Assembly: GCA_907165135.1 (NCBI GenBank)
Contig: OU015568.1
Location: 9,734,001-9,798,000, forward strand
DNA length: 64,000 bases
Source: Oikopleura dioica
Taxonomy: Eukaryota; Animalia; Chordata
Reading direction: 5' to 3'
Part shown: positions 39,945 to 51,513 of the stretch, in pieces
Layout of the letters: each line of letters starts with the position of its first letter
Position numbering within the stretch: position 1 is the first letter of the stretch
Program-made: the position numbers and the translations under genes
Notes under the pieces: generated by a model
Told to the model about the DNA's origin: nothing
Database searches by the model: none
Seen by the model: only the letters and a program-made list of their open reading frames with translations

Positions 39945-40365
39945 GCTTAACAAGAATCAATCAGAAATTTTATCGGATTTATTCGAATTTATGTATAGTT
40001 ATATTGCACATAAAGCATTTCTTTAGCAAACGTAACAGGAAAAGGCAAGATGATGAAATGAAAATGAATGAATGGAAAAAATATGTATTTGTTGACAAGA
40101 GTAGAATAATTGAACTAAACAAGTATTCGGAATTCGACAAATAAATTCAGAACTTTGCTCATTTGTGAATCGATAGGTGAAGTTACATTTAAATAAATTT
40201 TAAGTTTAGATACAGGAACAGCTTGGCAATGGCTCTAAGGTCTTTTTTATATCAAAAGATAGGACTATCACGATCGCGATGATGATAGGCATTGAAACAG
40301 AAAGTGCAGTTTGGTTTTGGGAAGAAGTCACAATAGAAAACACTCGGTCTTGGGATATTCTTTGT

Positions 40366-43300
40366 TCAAAGCGCTTTGCGTTCTCTGGCACGAGCAGTCA
40401 CTCGACCAAGGCTCATTCCACAACCGAGAAGGACAAGGCAGAGCCCGGCGAGAACCGCGAACAAGTAGTGCGAGTGGTTGGACCGTTGAATCGAGTAGTA
40501 GAGGTCTTCGACGCCTTCGATCTTCATGCTTTGTGCTTTCTGCCACATGTCCCGTCGCTCGTGCAGCTTAGAGAGACAAGCTTCCGAAAGACTCTTCGGT
40601 TTCTTCTTCATCATATTGACAAGGCAGTTGATTCGACGTCCGTGTCCAGGCTCAACGTCCGTGCAGTACATTTTTAGATCCGTGCCGCAAGCATTTTGAA
40701 GAGTGGCATCCACATTCACATCGACCTCACCTTCTTGGATAAGCTTGCCAATGTAAATTCTACACGGCTCACTTTCCTTGAGCTCTTCATTGTTGAACTT
40801 TTCTTTGAGACACTCTATCGGGTCTTCGACGGACTCAGGAGAGCACATAATCTTCAGTGGGGAAATGGGGCCTTTGTTGCAGAATTTTTTGAGCTCTGGG
40901 TCAAGTTCGTAGTGTTTGATCTCCTGCTTCATCAAATTTTCAACATGGGAAGCGCAATTCTTCGTAAGAATTAGTTTGTTATCCTTTGACGCTTGTTGCT
41001 AAAATGATCATTTAGAAATGGTCAAATGAAAAATGAAACCTTGATGAAATTGTTCTTCAAACAAGAAATAACTCGTCCTTCGAAAAGAGCTCCTTTGTCT
41101 GAATTCATATCTGCCTTTAGCTCTGATACGAGCTGTTTCATTTCGCCGAACTCAGCTGGGCATACTCTACGAGCAAAAAATTAGTCTAGGACTCATAAAA
41201 TTAATAACCTTTGGATATCGAGGTGGCAAGCCTTTGAGAGTTGAGGATTGAGCTTGATATTTTCCGCTCCCATCATCTGTCTCGCTTTGACCGCCATGCG
41301 ACACTCCTTCGACATTAGATCATCGCCAACGTGCTCCACAAGACAGGGCATCACATTCTGAATTTTATGTAACAAATCTAGTCATCTTTGATTTCTACCT
41401 TCATATTGGAAGCTTGCCCGCAGTGAGCTTGGATGACAGGCTTGCAGGCTTTGATAAGGAAGTAGTCAACAGCCGGGTTATCCGCCTCGATCTCGATGTC
41501 CTCAAAAAAGATAAAGTCGCGTCAGAACATATGATATTGAACATAACCAGATCATATCAAAAACTTTGTCATAATTCGGCTATCAACCAAATCTTTACCT
41601 CGAATAAGACTCCAGCGCATTTATTACTGAGATCATCTTTCTTTTCTTTCAAGCACTCTTCGATTCTGCCAGCTCCTATCAAATAAATTAAATACTATCT
41701 TTCTCACATAGCACGAACCTGGTTTGACATCATTGCAGTGAACCTTGATGTCCAAAGCGCAAGCTCTAATAATTTCTGGTCGAAGACGAACGTCTTCAGA
41801 TTCAGACAAGAGCTCGAAGTTAACTTGCGCTCGGCAAACATCAGAAATATCGTGCGAGCTCTCTGACAAAACCGCGTTTCGAATTCTCTCGGAGAGACAG
41901 TGGACAATTTGCGGTTTTGACTGCTGCTGCGCCTGATTATGGCAGTACATCTGGATATCCTTTTTGCAACCTAAAGTTGTTTGTTATCAGAAATTGGCAA
42001 AAATTATAATTTTTGTACGATATCGTACTTTTGAAGAACGCGTAACCAAGCTTATAGTCCGTCATCGAGATAATCTGGAAGTGCAAAACACCAGCTTGAC
42101 ACTTCTCGTCCATGTCCTGCTCATTTTTGTGATTGATGAGGCAACCCAAAACCTTTCCTTCATCTTCAGATTTCAGTGCAGGCTTGCAGAACTTTTCGAC
42201 CATAGGCTCACAAGAAGTGAAAAGAACTTGCTCGAGATCAAGATCTTCAGAAGCAATTTGAGTTAACTTGGCGACTTGCTCGGCACACTGCTGGTCGTGC
42301 GCTCGAGTGGACTTCTTCATATCTTCATAATGATCTTGGAGGCACAAAAACTCGACTTTCTTCAAAGCATCTTCTTCTGAACACATGCTTCCTAAAGTAG
42401 GTCGACAGGCAGCTTCCAGTTCGGGATTGAGTTCAACTTCCATAGCTCGCTGTTTCATGACACGGTGCACTTGCTCGGCGCATTTAGCCTTAAGGGTTCT
42501 TCCTGCTCCGTTTTTACCGACATCCTCCTCGAATGGATGGCTATGTCTGTACAAACAACCGATCACCATTGAAAGAGGAATTGGAAGTTCTTCTTCGTCG
42601 TCGACCTCATTGAAAGTTCCGACATTACAGAGATCTTCAGCGTCTTCATGACAAGCGCGACGGAATTTCTTATCCCACGAAAAGTCTCTTGAAAGGAAGT
42701 ACTGGGTTTCTAAGAGTGATTTTCGACAGAGTGGATGCTCTTGGACCATTTGGTGAGAGTGCAGATTCTCAAGCAGACACGACAAGACTTCAGCGTCATC
42801 ATCATTTGAATCCTTGCAAAGTTCAGCGGCAATCGGGCTGCAGAGATGGTCGAGTCGCTTGTCGACCCTGAAACTATCGTCGGCCTCGGTCTCTTCGATA
42901 AGCTCGTAAAGAGCATCTTCGCAATCGTCGGAAATATCTTCGTCGACATCTGGGTCTGTGTCGAGTCCCATCAAACAGTGGAGCGTTTCGCCTCCTTTGA
43001 CAATACCTCCATCGCAGTACGTTTTGATCTCAATTTTGCATGCGGAAACGACTTCTGGCGAAAGAGAGTAATCTTCCATCAAGAATTGTCGGTAAGCAAG
43101 AAGTTCCGAATCACAGCTGCCTTCAACAGCAAGCAATTTTCCGTTTTTATCCTTCTTTTCTTTTCGCAACTTCTTTTCAACGCACATGAGGATGTCCGAA
43201 AGACCTGCGAATTCACCACCCATTTGGAGGTTATCGAACTCGGCAGTATCACATCCAAATTGGCGGAATGATTTTCTACATGTCTTGTGCAGATTGTAGC

Positions 43301-44378
43301 CCGCCTTGTAATCCGCAGAGTAGATCAATCGTTCGCGAATAGTAATGGCTTGTTGGCAGTCTTCGGTCATCGCTTTGTCGAACTTGTGGCGGAAGAGACA
43401 AGAGTACACTTTTCCATCTCCAGCGGGTATCTCTGCGCAATCTGGGAAATTATCTCTATCATCTCGGCAGGCCATGTAAAAAGCCCTGTCGAGAGTAAAA
43501 TCGTCAGCAGAGAGCTCGGCCAGATTCACAAGCTCCTTTTGGCACCCTTCACTGATTTCTTCATCGTCGCCGAGATGATTTTCGAGACATTGAACAACAG
43601 CTCCTTGGGAATGTTGCTGAAGCCAAGGATTGATGCCTTCGTCTTCGTCCAGACTTTGGCCAAAGTCATTTCGCCCGCATTGGTACTTGAAGATGTCGTT
43701 TTTGCATTGATTCACAAAATTACAAATGAGTCGGAAATCCGAAAACACGACCTTCGAGATATCGGTTAGGTAACTTCGGCAGCTAGGATCGTCAGTTATT
43801 TGAAGGCGGTAGTCCATAAGACAAGGGATGAGCTTATTGTCAGCTCCGAATGGTTCGGAGTAGTAATGAGCGCATTCGGAGGCAACACCGGCGATGGAAT
43901 CTTGCGGGCATTTTTGAGACACGAGTTTTTGGATTTCTTTGCTTTCAGTTTGCGAATGCTTCCAGATCTAGGAAATTTATGATAAAAGAGGATTATTTGT
44001 GCTATTAAAATACCCATAAAAAGTGCTGACACTGCTCATCAACAAGTTTTCCTTCAGATGCGGCGATTTCAAGACAATTGTAGACTAAATAGTCATCCTT
44101 GCGGATTCTTTTGGCTGGACAGAGCTTTTGAACTTGCGCGGCGCAAAATTCAGACTCGGCAATGGGAGGTAACGTGGACTCACTCACTGAAATATCGTCA
44201 ATCGAGTCAGTTTTTCTTGTCTTTCAGCGCCCTGTTTCCGATTGAGAAAAGTGAATTAGATAGGAGCAAGAAAACGTGAGTATTTCAATCATTCCTGAGC
44301 TGCAGGGTCATTGGCATTGGCTGCTTGGCCCGAAACCAGTTGTTCCAACCCGACGAATGCTAACAGAGACAATTTCAT
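40366..44378 (-). CDS. GLG1: Golgi glycoprotein 1 (MG-160/ESL-1/CFR)
   Basis: Signal peptide, many Cys-rich GLG1 repeats (C..DI...C, DY.L...L...C), C-terminal TM and basic tail LGRVTARARERKAL*. Confidence 0.92.
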
Positions 44379-44614
44379 GTTCTAAATTTACAAGTTAAAT
44401 CCCCGATTCACACGTAAGAAATAATCAATTTCAAAATAAATAAGCACTCGGCCAAAATTGTAAAGAAATTCCGACTTTACAATTTTTACAAGTTGATACT
44501 CAGTACTAAATTGGACTGTTTGGTAAACACAGAGTCAGATTGAAGCCAGAAATAAACAAGAAATAAAAGGTTCCAGGTAGATGAAGAACTGTCAGTGATA
44601 ATTGTAAAATAAGT

Positions 44615-46201
44615 CTAGAGGTCAGTGTCGATCACGGAGTGGAAAATGTATCCGCCGATCTTTGAGAGAGCCTGTGCGTTTGAAACCAGCCAGAGCAGGT
44701 ACTTGATGGCGACGACAAAAGTTCCTTCGGGAAGTCTTTCGAGGCCGGATGGGTTCGACCAGGGCTCAGTCTGTGGGCCGTACCAAGTCAGTCCGCTCGC
44801 TGATTTATACAAGAGACTGAGGAAAAGCATAAGGACGGTGGGCAGGATATATTGAAGCGCAGTTACCAATGTATAGTACCTAAATTTGATTAATTTCTTT
44901 AGCCACTTTTCAAAATGAAGACTAACCAGATAAGAGTAACGTTTTTGTTCATCTCCTGCTGTGTGTAATTTTTCTTCATTTTTCGCGCTCTTTCGACTCT
45001 CGTTTTCGCAATAGCTAGGTATGCTTGAATATGGGATCGCCACATCACTAGAGTCCAAATAGAGCTCCCAATAATAATTCCTAGTTGGATTCTGTCGATG
45101 AGTACGTCGTCAAATCCGCCTGGGAGCCACTCAAACTAGAAGTTTCTCGTCAGTAATTATCCGTTTGTAAGCGCTTACGTTTTCGATGTTGCTCGGTTCT
45201 TGAAGACGGTATCGGAAAAGTTTGGGAAAAAAGGTCACAGGAATAAGCAATCCAGAAAAGAACGAGCCATGAATCAACATCTTCTTGAGTCCTTTTTCCT
45301 AGAAGCACTTATAAAATTTCATCGTGAAAGATTTCCTACGTTTTCAGAAGCATCCCGGTTCATTTGAGCAACTCTAAATCCACAGAAAGAGAACACTGAG
45401 CCGAAGAAAGCAGAAAAGAGGCAGATGATCAGCGTCAGACCAAGTTTTGACATCCTCTCGAGGTTCGCAACAAGTTCATGGAATCCAAGCTCGATCCATT
45501 CAGAAGAGAGCGTGAGCGCGCTCAAACTCGAGACAAAGGTGAAAGTGCCGAACATGACGAGCTAATTCAACAATTACTTTTGGCATTTTGATAAGGTTAC
45601 TCACCAGGCTGCGCTCGCCAGTGCTTCTTATCAGCTTCGAGGATAATCGAGCCAGGTTAATTGAGCAAAACAAACTGGCAAGGACGACCCAAATGACGGA
45701 TAAATTCAGCTCGTCGGGAATCGCTTCACCTCTCCATTTAAACTCACTTGAATATTATGAAGAATTAATCAACGAGCTAGAAATTTTACCTTGGAACTAA
45801 TTCGGTAACCGCGAGCACAAATAGCGTAGTTAGACTAAACTCGATGAGCCAGCAAAACTCCGGGTAAAAATGAAGGAAACTCCAGTCTTCAGCCTTGACT
45901 TGTGCAAAATACAAAGGCACCTCAGCATCCTAAAATTAATCGATAATAAGCTGCAAAATTTATTATTGTGAATTACTTTTGGAATGACAAAGTCCTTGCT
46001 TTGAACATTTTGATTTCTCTTTGAAGTCTTCACATTCTTGGGCTTGAGCTGGGCTGCTTGTCTGCAATCATTCTCTGAGGGTGCATAGAATCGGTAAAAT
46101 CCGGTAAGAAGCTTGCTCGGTAGATCGAAAATAGGTATCAGCTTCCGCAGGAAGAACAGCCCAATTATCGACACTGTCAGGTTAAAGCCGAAAACAGCCA
46201 T
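44615..46201 (-). CDS. TMEM161: TMEM161 family protein
   Basis: MAVFGFNLTVSIIG...YRFYAPSENDCRQAA N-terminus and YYTLVTALQYILP...LLYKSASGLTW C-terminus. Confidence 0.8.
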
Positions 46202-46377
46202 TTAACCTGGAAAAGAGAATACTTTTTAGAGAAATTTAGGAACTGAGAAAATAAGAAATTGCAGCAAAGTACGAAAATATAGGAGCGGACAGACGTCAGC
46301 TGAGGCACAGTAGGAGAGAAAAGCGTGACAGTGCGCCACGTCAATTTGTGTAAAATTGGAATGAATTCGTTTCAGGC

Positions 46378-49300
46378 TCATTTGAAGTTTTCAAGGCGAT
46401 CCAGCTCTGTTAGGTCTACGATCGGCTTTGATGTGCGCTGCGGGACGCTGGCGTCGGACTTTCTTCGCTGTGGCTTCGACAAGTGTCTCTCCATGTATCT
46501 GATACGGTGGTTCTTATTTTAAGCATTCGGATTGAAAGGAAGTAAGTTTCGAAATTTTATTTTTAGTTCAATGCCTCTTGAAATGCTTGCGTATTATCGT
46601 GGGGTGCCCGCGGGCGCTCAGGGCCTCTTTTGCTCATCAAAATTTAGGTCTTGGTGTTTGCGCATCAACAAAGCCAGAGTTCGAAATTTTTGCGGCTCCC
46701 GGGCAAGGGGGCGGCGGGCGGGCGGGCACGGGCAGAATATTTAAGATTCCCGAGGGCAAAAACGGTCACGGGCACAAAAACGAATTTTCCCGCGAGCCAA
46801 GCGGGCACGGGCACTATAATAAATTTTCCCGCGGGCAGATACGGGCACGGGCATGAATGAGAAGATTCCCGCGGGCATAAACGGGCACGGGCGGTTTGCC
46901 CGCGTTCCCGCACGAAATATTCCCGAGGGCAGCCCGGGGGAACATTTTTTTCTACTGCTAAATCTCAAGCATATTTTTCAAAATAAGAAAATAAAATAAA
47001 AACGACCCTTCGGATTTTTATATCGCAAGTTTTAGGGGCTAGTTAAAAACTACGACCGAATGGTCTCCGTTTCCCCAAGTTGGGCAAATGGCGACTTGGG
47101 CAAACGGCGATGTGAATTAATTAAATTGATTGATCATATAACTTTGTTGTATTGGCTTCTCCACAGCCAACCCCTGCTTCACCAACTTCAGTCCCGGCTT
47201 CAACAACTTCGATCCAAGCTTTTTAGAAATCAATGTTGGTGGCTCAAACGTCAACGGGATTCGCGTTGGAGAAGTCGTGATTGACGTCGAAGAACTCGGG
47301 ACTGACATTAGAGAAGCCATGATTGAAGTCGGTGAAGCTAGGATTGACGATGTAGACCCAGAATTGACGTTGGAAAAACCAAAATTGATATAATATTAAT
47401 GATAGTGGAGAAGACATGATTGAAGTTGGTGAAGCCAGGATTGGCGTTGAAGAATTCAGGATTCTCCGTTTGCTCAACTTGGGCAAACGGCGACTTGGGC
47501 AAACGGCGATGTGAATTAATTTAAATTGATTGATCATATAACTTTTATTGTCTTCTTCACAGTCAATCCCGGCTTCACTTATTTCAATCCCGGCTTCAAA
47601 AACTTCGATCCTAGCTTTTCAGACGTCAATCTTGGTGGCTCAAACTTGAATCCTGGCATCTCCAGCGCAGTGTTTGAAATAATGGTTAAAACTCTCGTGA
47701 GCGAGTGAGCGCGAGCAGAGGCCCTCAGAATTTTAACACGAGTGAGCGAGCGCGAGCAGACTCTTTTGATTTTTTCGTGAGCGAGCGAGCGCGAGCGCAG
47801 ATACCAGGATTTTTCTATGAGTGAGCAAGCGTGAGCGCTCCCTCGCTCGCTCGCGCTCACTCGCAGCTTTTCAACAACGTTTTCATTGAGTGATTTCTTG
47901 AAAAATTCTAGTACTTTCAAATTTGAAGGACTTTTAACTATCATAAGTTAATGATGTGTATTCTTACGAGATGAAAAGATAAAATCAAGATAGATTTCAT
48001 GAATATTAAATGATTTTGTCATGAGGGTGACTTCACTTAAAATAACCGTGAGCGAGCGCGAGTGAGTGCAAGCAGGGACCTTGGAATTTTATGGTGAGTG
48101 AGCGAGCGCGAGCAAAGGTTCTCGAGATCAACGTGAGTGAGTGAGCATGAGCGCTCGCTCACTCGCTCGCGCTCGCTCGTGGCTCGCGCTCACCATTTTT
48201 TCAAACACTGCTCCAGCGTCAATCCCGGCTTCTTCAATGCTGATCCGGGCGTCACTTACTTCAATCCAAGCTTCTCAAACGTCACTCCCGGCTTCTCAGT
48301 TGTCAATCATCGCTTCTCGAATGTCGATCATGGCTTCTTCAAGATAAAATTGGCGTTGAAAAAGCCGAGATGGAGATGGATGAAGCCGGGATCGACGTTG
48401 GAGAAGTCGGGATCGACGATGGAGAAATCGGGATTGACGTCGAAGAACCCGGGATGGACATTGGAGAAGCCATATTTGAAGTCGGTGAAGCGAGAATTGG
48501 CGATGGAGAAGCCATAATTGATATAGTGTCGATGATATTGGAGAAAACATGATTGATGTTGGTGAAGCCAGGATTGGCGTTGAAGAAGCCAGGATTGACA
48601 TTAAAAAAAGCCAAATAATGTCTAATGATCAATTAATATAAACTTTTTTCAGATCGCCGTTTGCCCAAGATCTCCGTTTCTCCAAGTTGGGCAAACGGCG
48701 ATTTGGGCAAAGAACTCTAGAGCAAAGAAGAAGACTACAGAACTCCACTTCCGGTCGATTCCAGAGCCGGAAATTGACGAAATTTAGTTAAAATGGTAGA
48801 GTGTGACCTATCAAATTGATGCTCAGAAGATTTCGAGTCATCCTAAAATCAATACTTCAGAAGAAACAGTCCCAAACCTGGTCAAACCGACCGTTAAAAT
48901 TATGTAAAAAAGGCATAAAGTGATGATTTTTTTTCACTTTTTTCCGGTTTATTTTACCGCGGTTGGTCTTGATTCTTGGTCTTAAATGATAGGAAATCGT
49001 CTGAGCATCAATTTGATAGGTCACACTTCACCATAACACCTAAATTACGTCAACTTCCGGCTCTAGAACCGACTGGAAGTGGAGTTTTCTAGAATTTTGA
49101 ACCGTTTAAGTTCTCAAAATTTTCTGTTGATTTGTAAAGGTATAATGTTCGGGGTTCTATAAGGCGGAAATGGGCTGGAAAACTTCGTTAACCTTAAAAA
49201 AAGCACGTCATAACAGTTTTGTATGCAGATTAGTTTTCAAAATACTCCCTCAAGTATTTGGTGTCTATTTCCACGCTATTTAAATGGTTTAACACTTTTT

Positions 49301-51156
49301 CATAAGGTGCATTGAATCTGCCCGTGCCCGTTTAAGCTCGCGGGAATCTTGCCCGTGCCCGAATTTGCCCGCGGGAATATTTTTTATTGTGCCCGTGCCC
49401 GCTTGGCCCGCGGGAAAATTCATTTTTTTGCCCGTGACCGCTTTTGCCCTCGGGAATCTTCACTTTCTTGCCCGTGCCCGTATCTTCCCCCGGGCAAACG
49501 CGGGATTTCGAACTCTGAACAAAGGTGTTGAAAACCACATGTTTCCCAAACAGAAAGTTCCCTTGACTTTTTGTTCATTGTTAGCGATTATGTAAGAACC
49601 AGTTCCTTGCTGTCGCGAGAGACATATCAGAGGAGTTGTGCAGGTTGAAAGTTTGATCCGGAGTTGACATGTACCGGTAGCGGCTTTGACTTCGTGAAGA
49701 AGGGGCAGAAGAAGGAGTCGGGACGCCGTATTTACGCGCTAGTTGGGCGCAAACACTCTCTTCTCCATATTGGCTGACGTGGTGAAGTTGGCCTTCTTTT
49801 CTAGTGCCGTAAGAGGGTGCGATATTTCGAATAAACATCGTGTCGCCTTCTGGATAATCCTCTTCATCGTCCTCGCTTGCAGATGAACTCGTAAAATGAT
49901 CTTAGGGTTCATTTACAAACTAAATAATTTGCCGTTCTTAACCATTACTAATTGGAGGAATATGATTAATAGCGGCCGGCGCAGTGGTATTCTGTTGTTG
50001 ATATCCTTGCTGCACCTCTTGCGGCTTATGCTCCTGATTGCAATTCGCAATGGTTTGATTCAGCTTTCCCACAAGTTCGGCCAGCGCTTCGGGCGGTAAT
50101 TCCGCGTCTGAAACTCGAAATTTGAAAAATCCGAGACAGCCGTATTGATTTCCAACCTGAGTCAGAATCTGTATCAGTGCTGTAGTGATTTGACTGACGA
50201 GAATGGGCGTTCGAGTAGTTCAAATTTGTCGAAGCCGCCAGGGATGTTTCTCGTGAACGCTCGTAGTACTGCATTTGAGAACTATTGGTGCTTTGTACTT
50301 GTGGCTGCTTGAAGACAAAACTGTCTGATGTCTGGATTGAGCATTCTTTTGTAGGTTGCTTTGAAGGTGCAGGGTCTGTTTGAGAAGAGGTTTCTTGAGA
50401 TGAAGATACTTCCGTGTTTGAAGATTTTTCTGCAGTTGAAGTTGTTAAAACTGTTTTTTGTTCTGATTCTGTTTTATATTTCTCGATTTCATCCTTGAGC
50501 TGTTGAATGATTTGCGCTTGCTGGGCAAGTTGACGAGTTTGCTTTTCGTTAGCTTTTTTATGTTTGTGAATTTCGAGCTCCTGGCTACGGATAGTCTCGA
50601 TGAGTTCCATTGTTCCGTTTGTCTGTGGGGAAGGAGAGGTCGGAGAAGGCGACTTTGGAACCGGAAAATAGTTGTCTTGGAATGAATTGTCTATTCATCA
50701 GGTGAATATTAAAAAGATCAAGTTTTTCAAATTCGAATCAGTTTCAATATATAGGATTCATTTATTTCTTTCACCTCTCCTAAGCGTTGGCAATTTGAGT
50801 TATTAGAGTTCTTAAGAATCGGCGTCAAAACTTCACTTTTCTCAAATGAAACTCGAAGCGGCTGTTTCAAATTAGCACTGGAGGCATTCTGAGTTGAGCT
50901 CAATCTGGCAACAGGAGTTGTCTCAACGGAATGGTCGACTGGCGGAGCGTGGAATGTACGCAAGTTTTCTGCACTGAACTCGGCTATCAGACTCGGCTCG
51001 GGTACTTTGCAACTGGTTTTGAAGAACTGCAAGTTTTTAAACTAACTACCACAGACTACCACTCTTCAACTTCAAAACTCTGCCTGTCAGTTCTAATCTA
51101 CTCATCCCAGATCTCTGCGTTGGCTGCGGTGATTTCACCGGCACAATTCCGTTCAT
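46378..51156 (-). CDS. Short STIL/Ana2/SAS-5-like centriole protein (tentative)
   Basis: Pro-rich PVPKSPSP, coiled coil EKQTRQLAQQAQIIQQLKDEIEK, STAN-like ESVCAQLARKYG, and SDMSLATAR|YMERHL across the last intron (compare STIL NMSFATKKYMKRY). Confidence 0.55.
47064..48712. repeat. Foldback-like tandem units of degenerate ~21 bp repeats in both orientations
   Basis: Unit head tctccgtt...cttgggcaaacggcga recurs at 47064, 47463 and 48671; left arms carry tcaatcccggcttc repeats, right arms gaagcc(g/a)ggattga; inverted head at ~48625-48670. Confidence 0.7.
47668..48210. mobile_element. hAT-type MITE (543 bp) nested in the foldback unit
   Basis: 19 bp TIR CAGTGTTTGAAA(T/A)AATGGT; perfect 8 bp TSD CTCCAGCG (47660-67, 48211-18); subterminal GAGCGAGCGCGAGC repeats in inverted orientation. 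Confidence 0.92.
48739..49209. mobile_element. Long-TIR MITE, left-truncated relative of the 52420-52993 element
   Basis: ~110 bp internal inverted arms (acttccggtc...gtgtgacctatcaaattgatgctcag) and the same right terminus ccttaaaaaaagcacgtc. Confidence 0.75.
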
Positions 51157-51513
51157 TCTGACAAAAGAAAACACGATCAAGACTTTGTTTATCAAGTAAC
51201 AATATATTTTCAATGTTTTGTAGTAATGTGACAGGCATGTGAAAGACTCGAGGTATTCATATTGAAGTCAGTGAAATTGGAAAAAAAATAATAAAAAAAT
51301 CAGAACTTACGGAACTAATCTACTCGCTGACATGTAGTGAGTGAAAAAAATATTAATAATAAACGCTATAAACGAATAGTCCCATTGGTACTCTGGTTTG
51401 TATAAGAAAAAAAAATAAACTGTTTTATATCATAGAGTAAATCATTAATATTAACCTAAGATAAAGGCGGTCGGTTACGAGTGAAAGATACATAGTCTAG
51501 TTGGGACAGGTGT

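Larger units (their letters stand above)
46675..49517. mobile_element. hAT-type non-autonomous element (2.84 kb including nested insertions)
   Basis: 13 bp TIR CAGAGTTCGAAAT at both ends; 8 bp TSD AACAAAGC / AACAAAGG (7/8); ~200 bp inverted subterminal arrays of CGGGCACGGGCA and CCCGCGGG. Confidence 0.85.

Noticed and set aside
46532-49595. Many 60-130 aa ORFs
   Set aside because: They are by-products of GC-rich and 21 bp periodic repeats in nested transposons.
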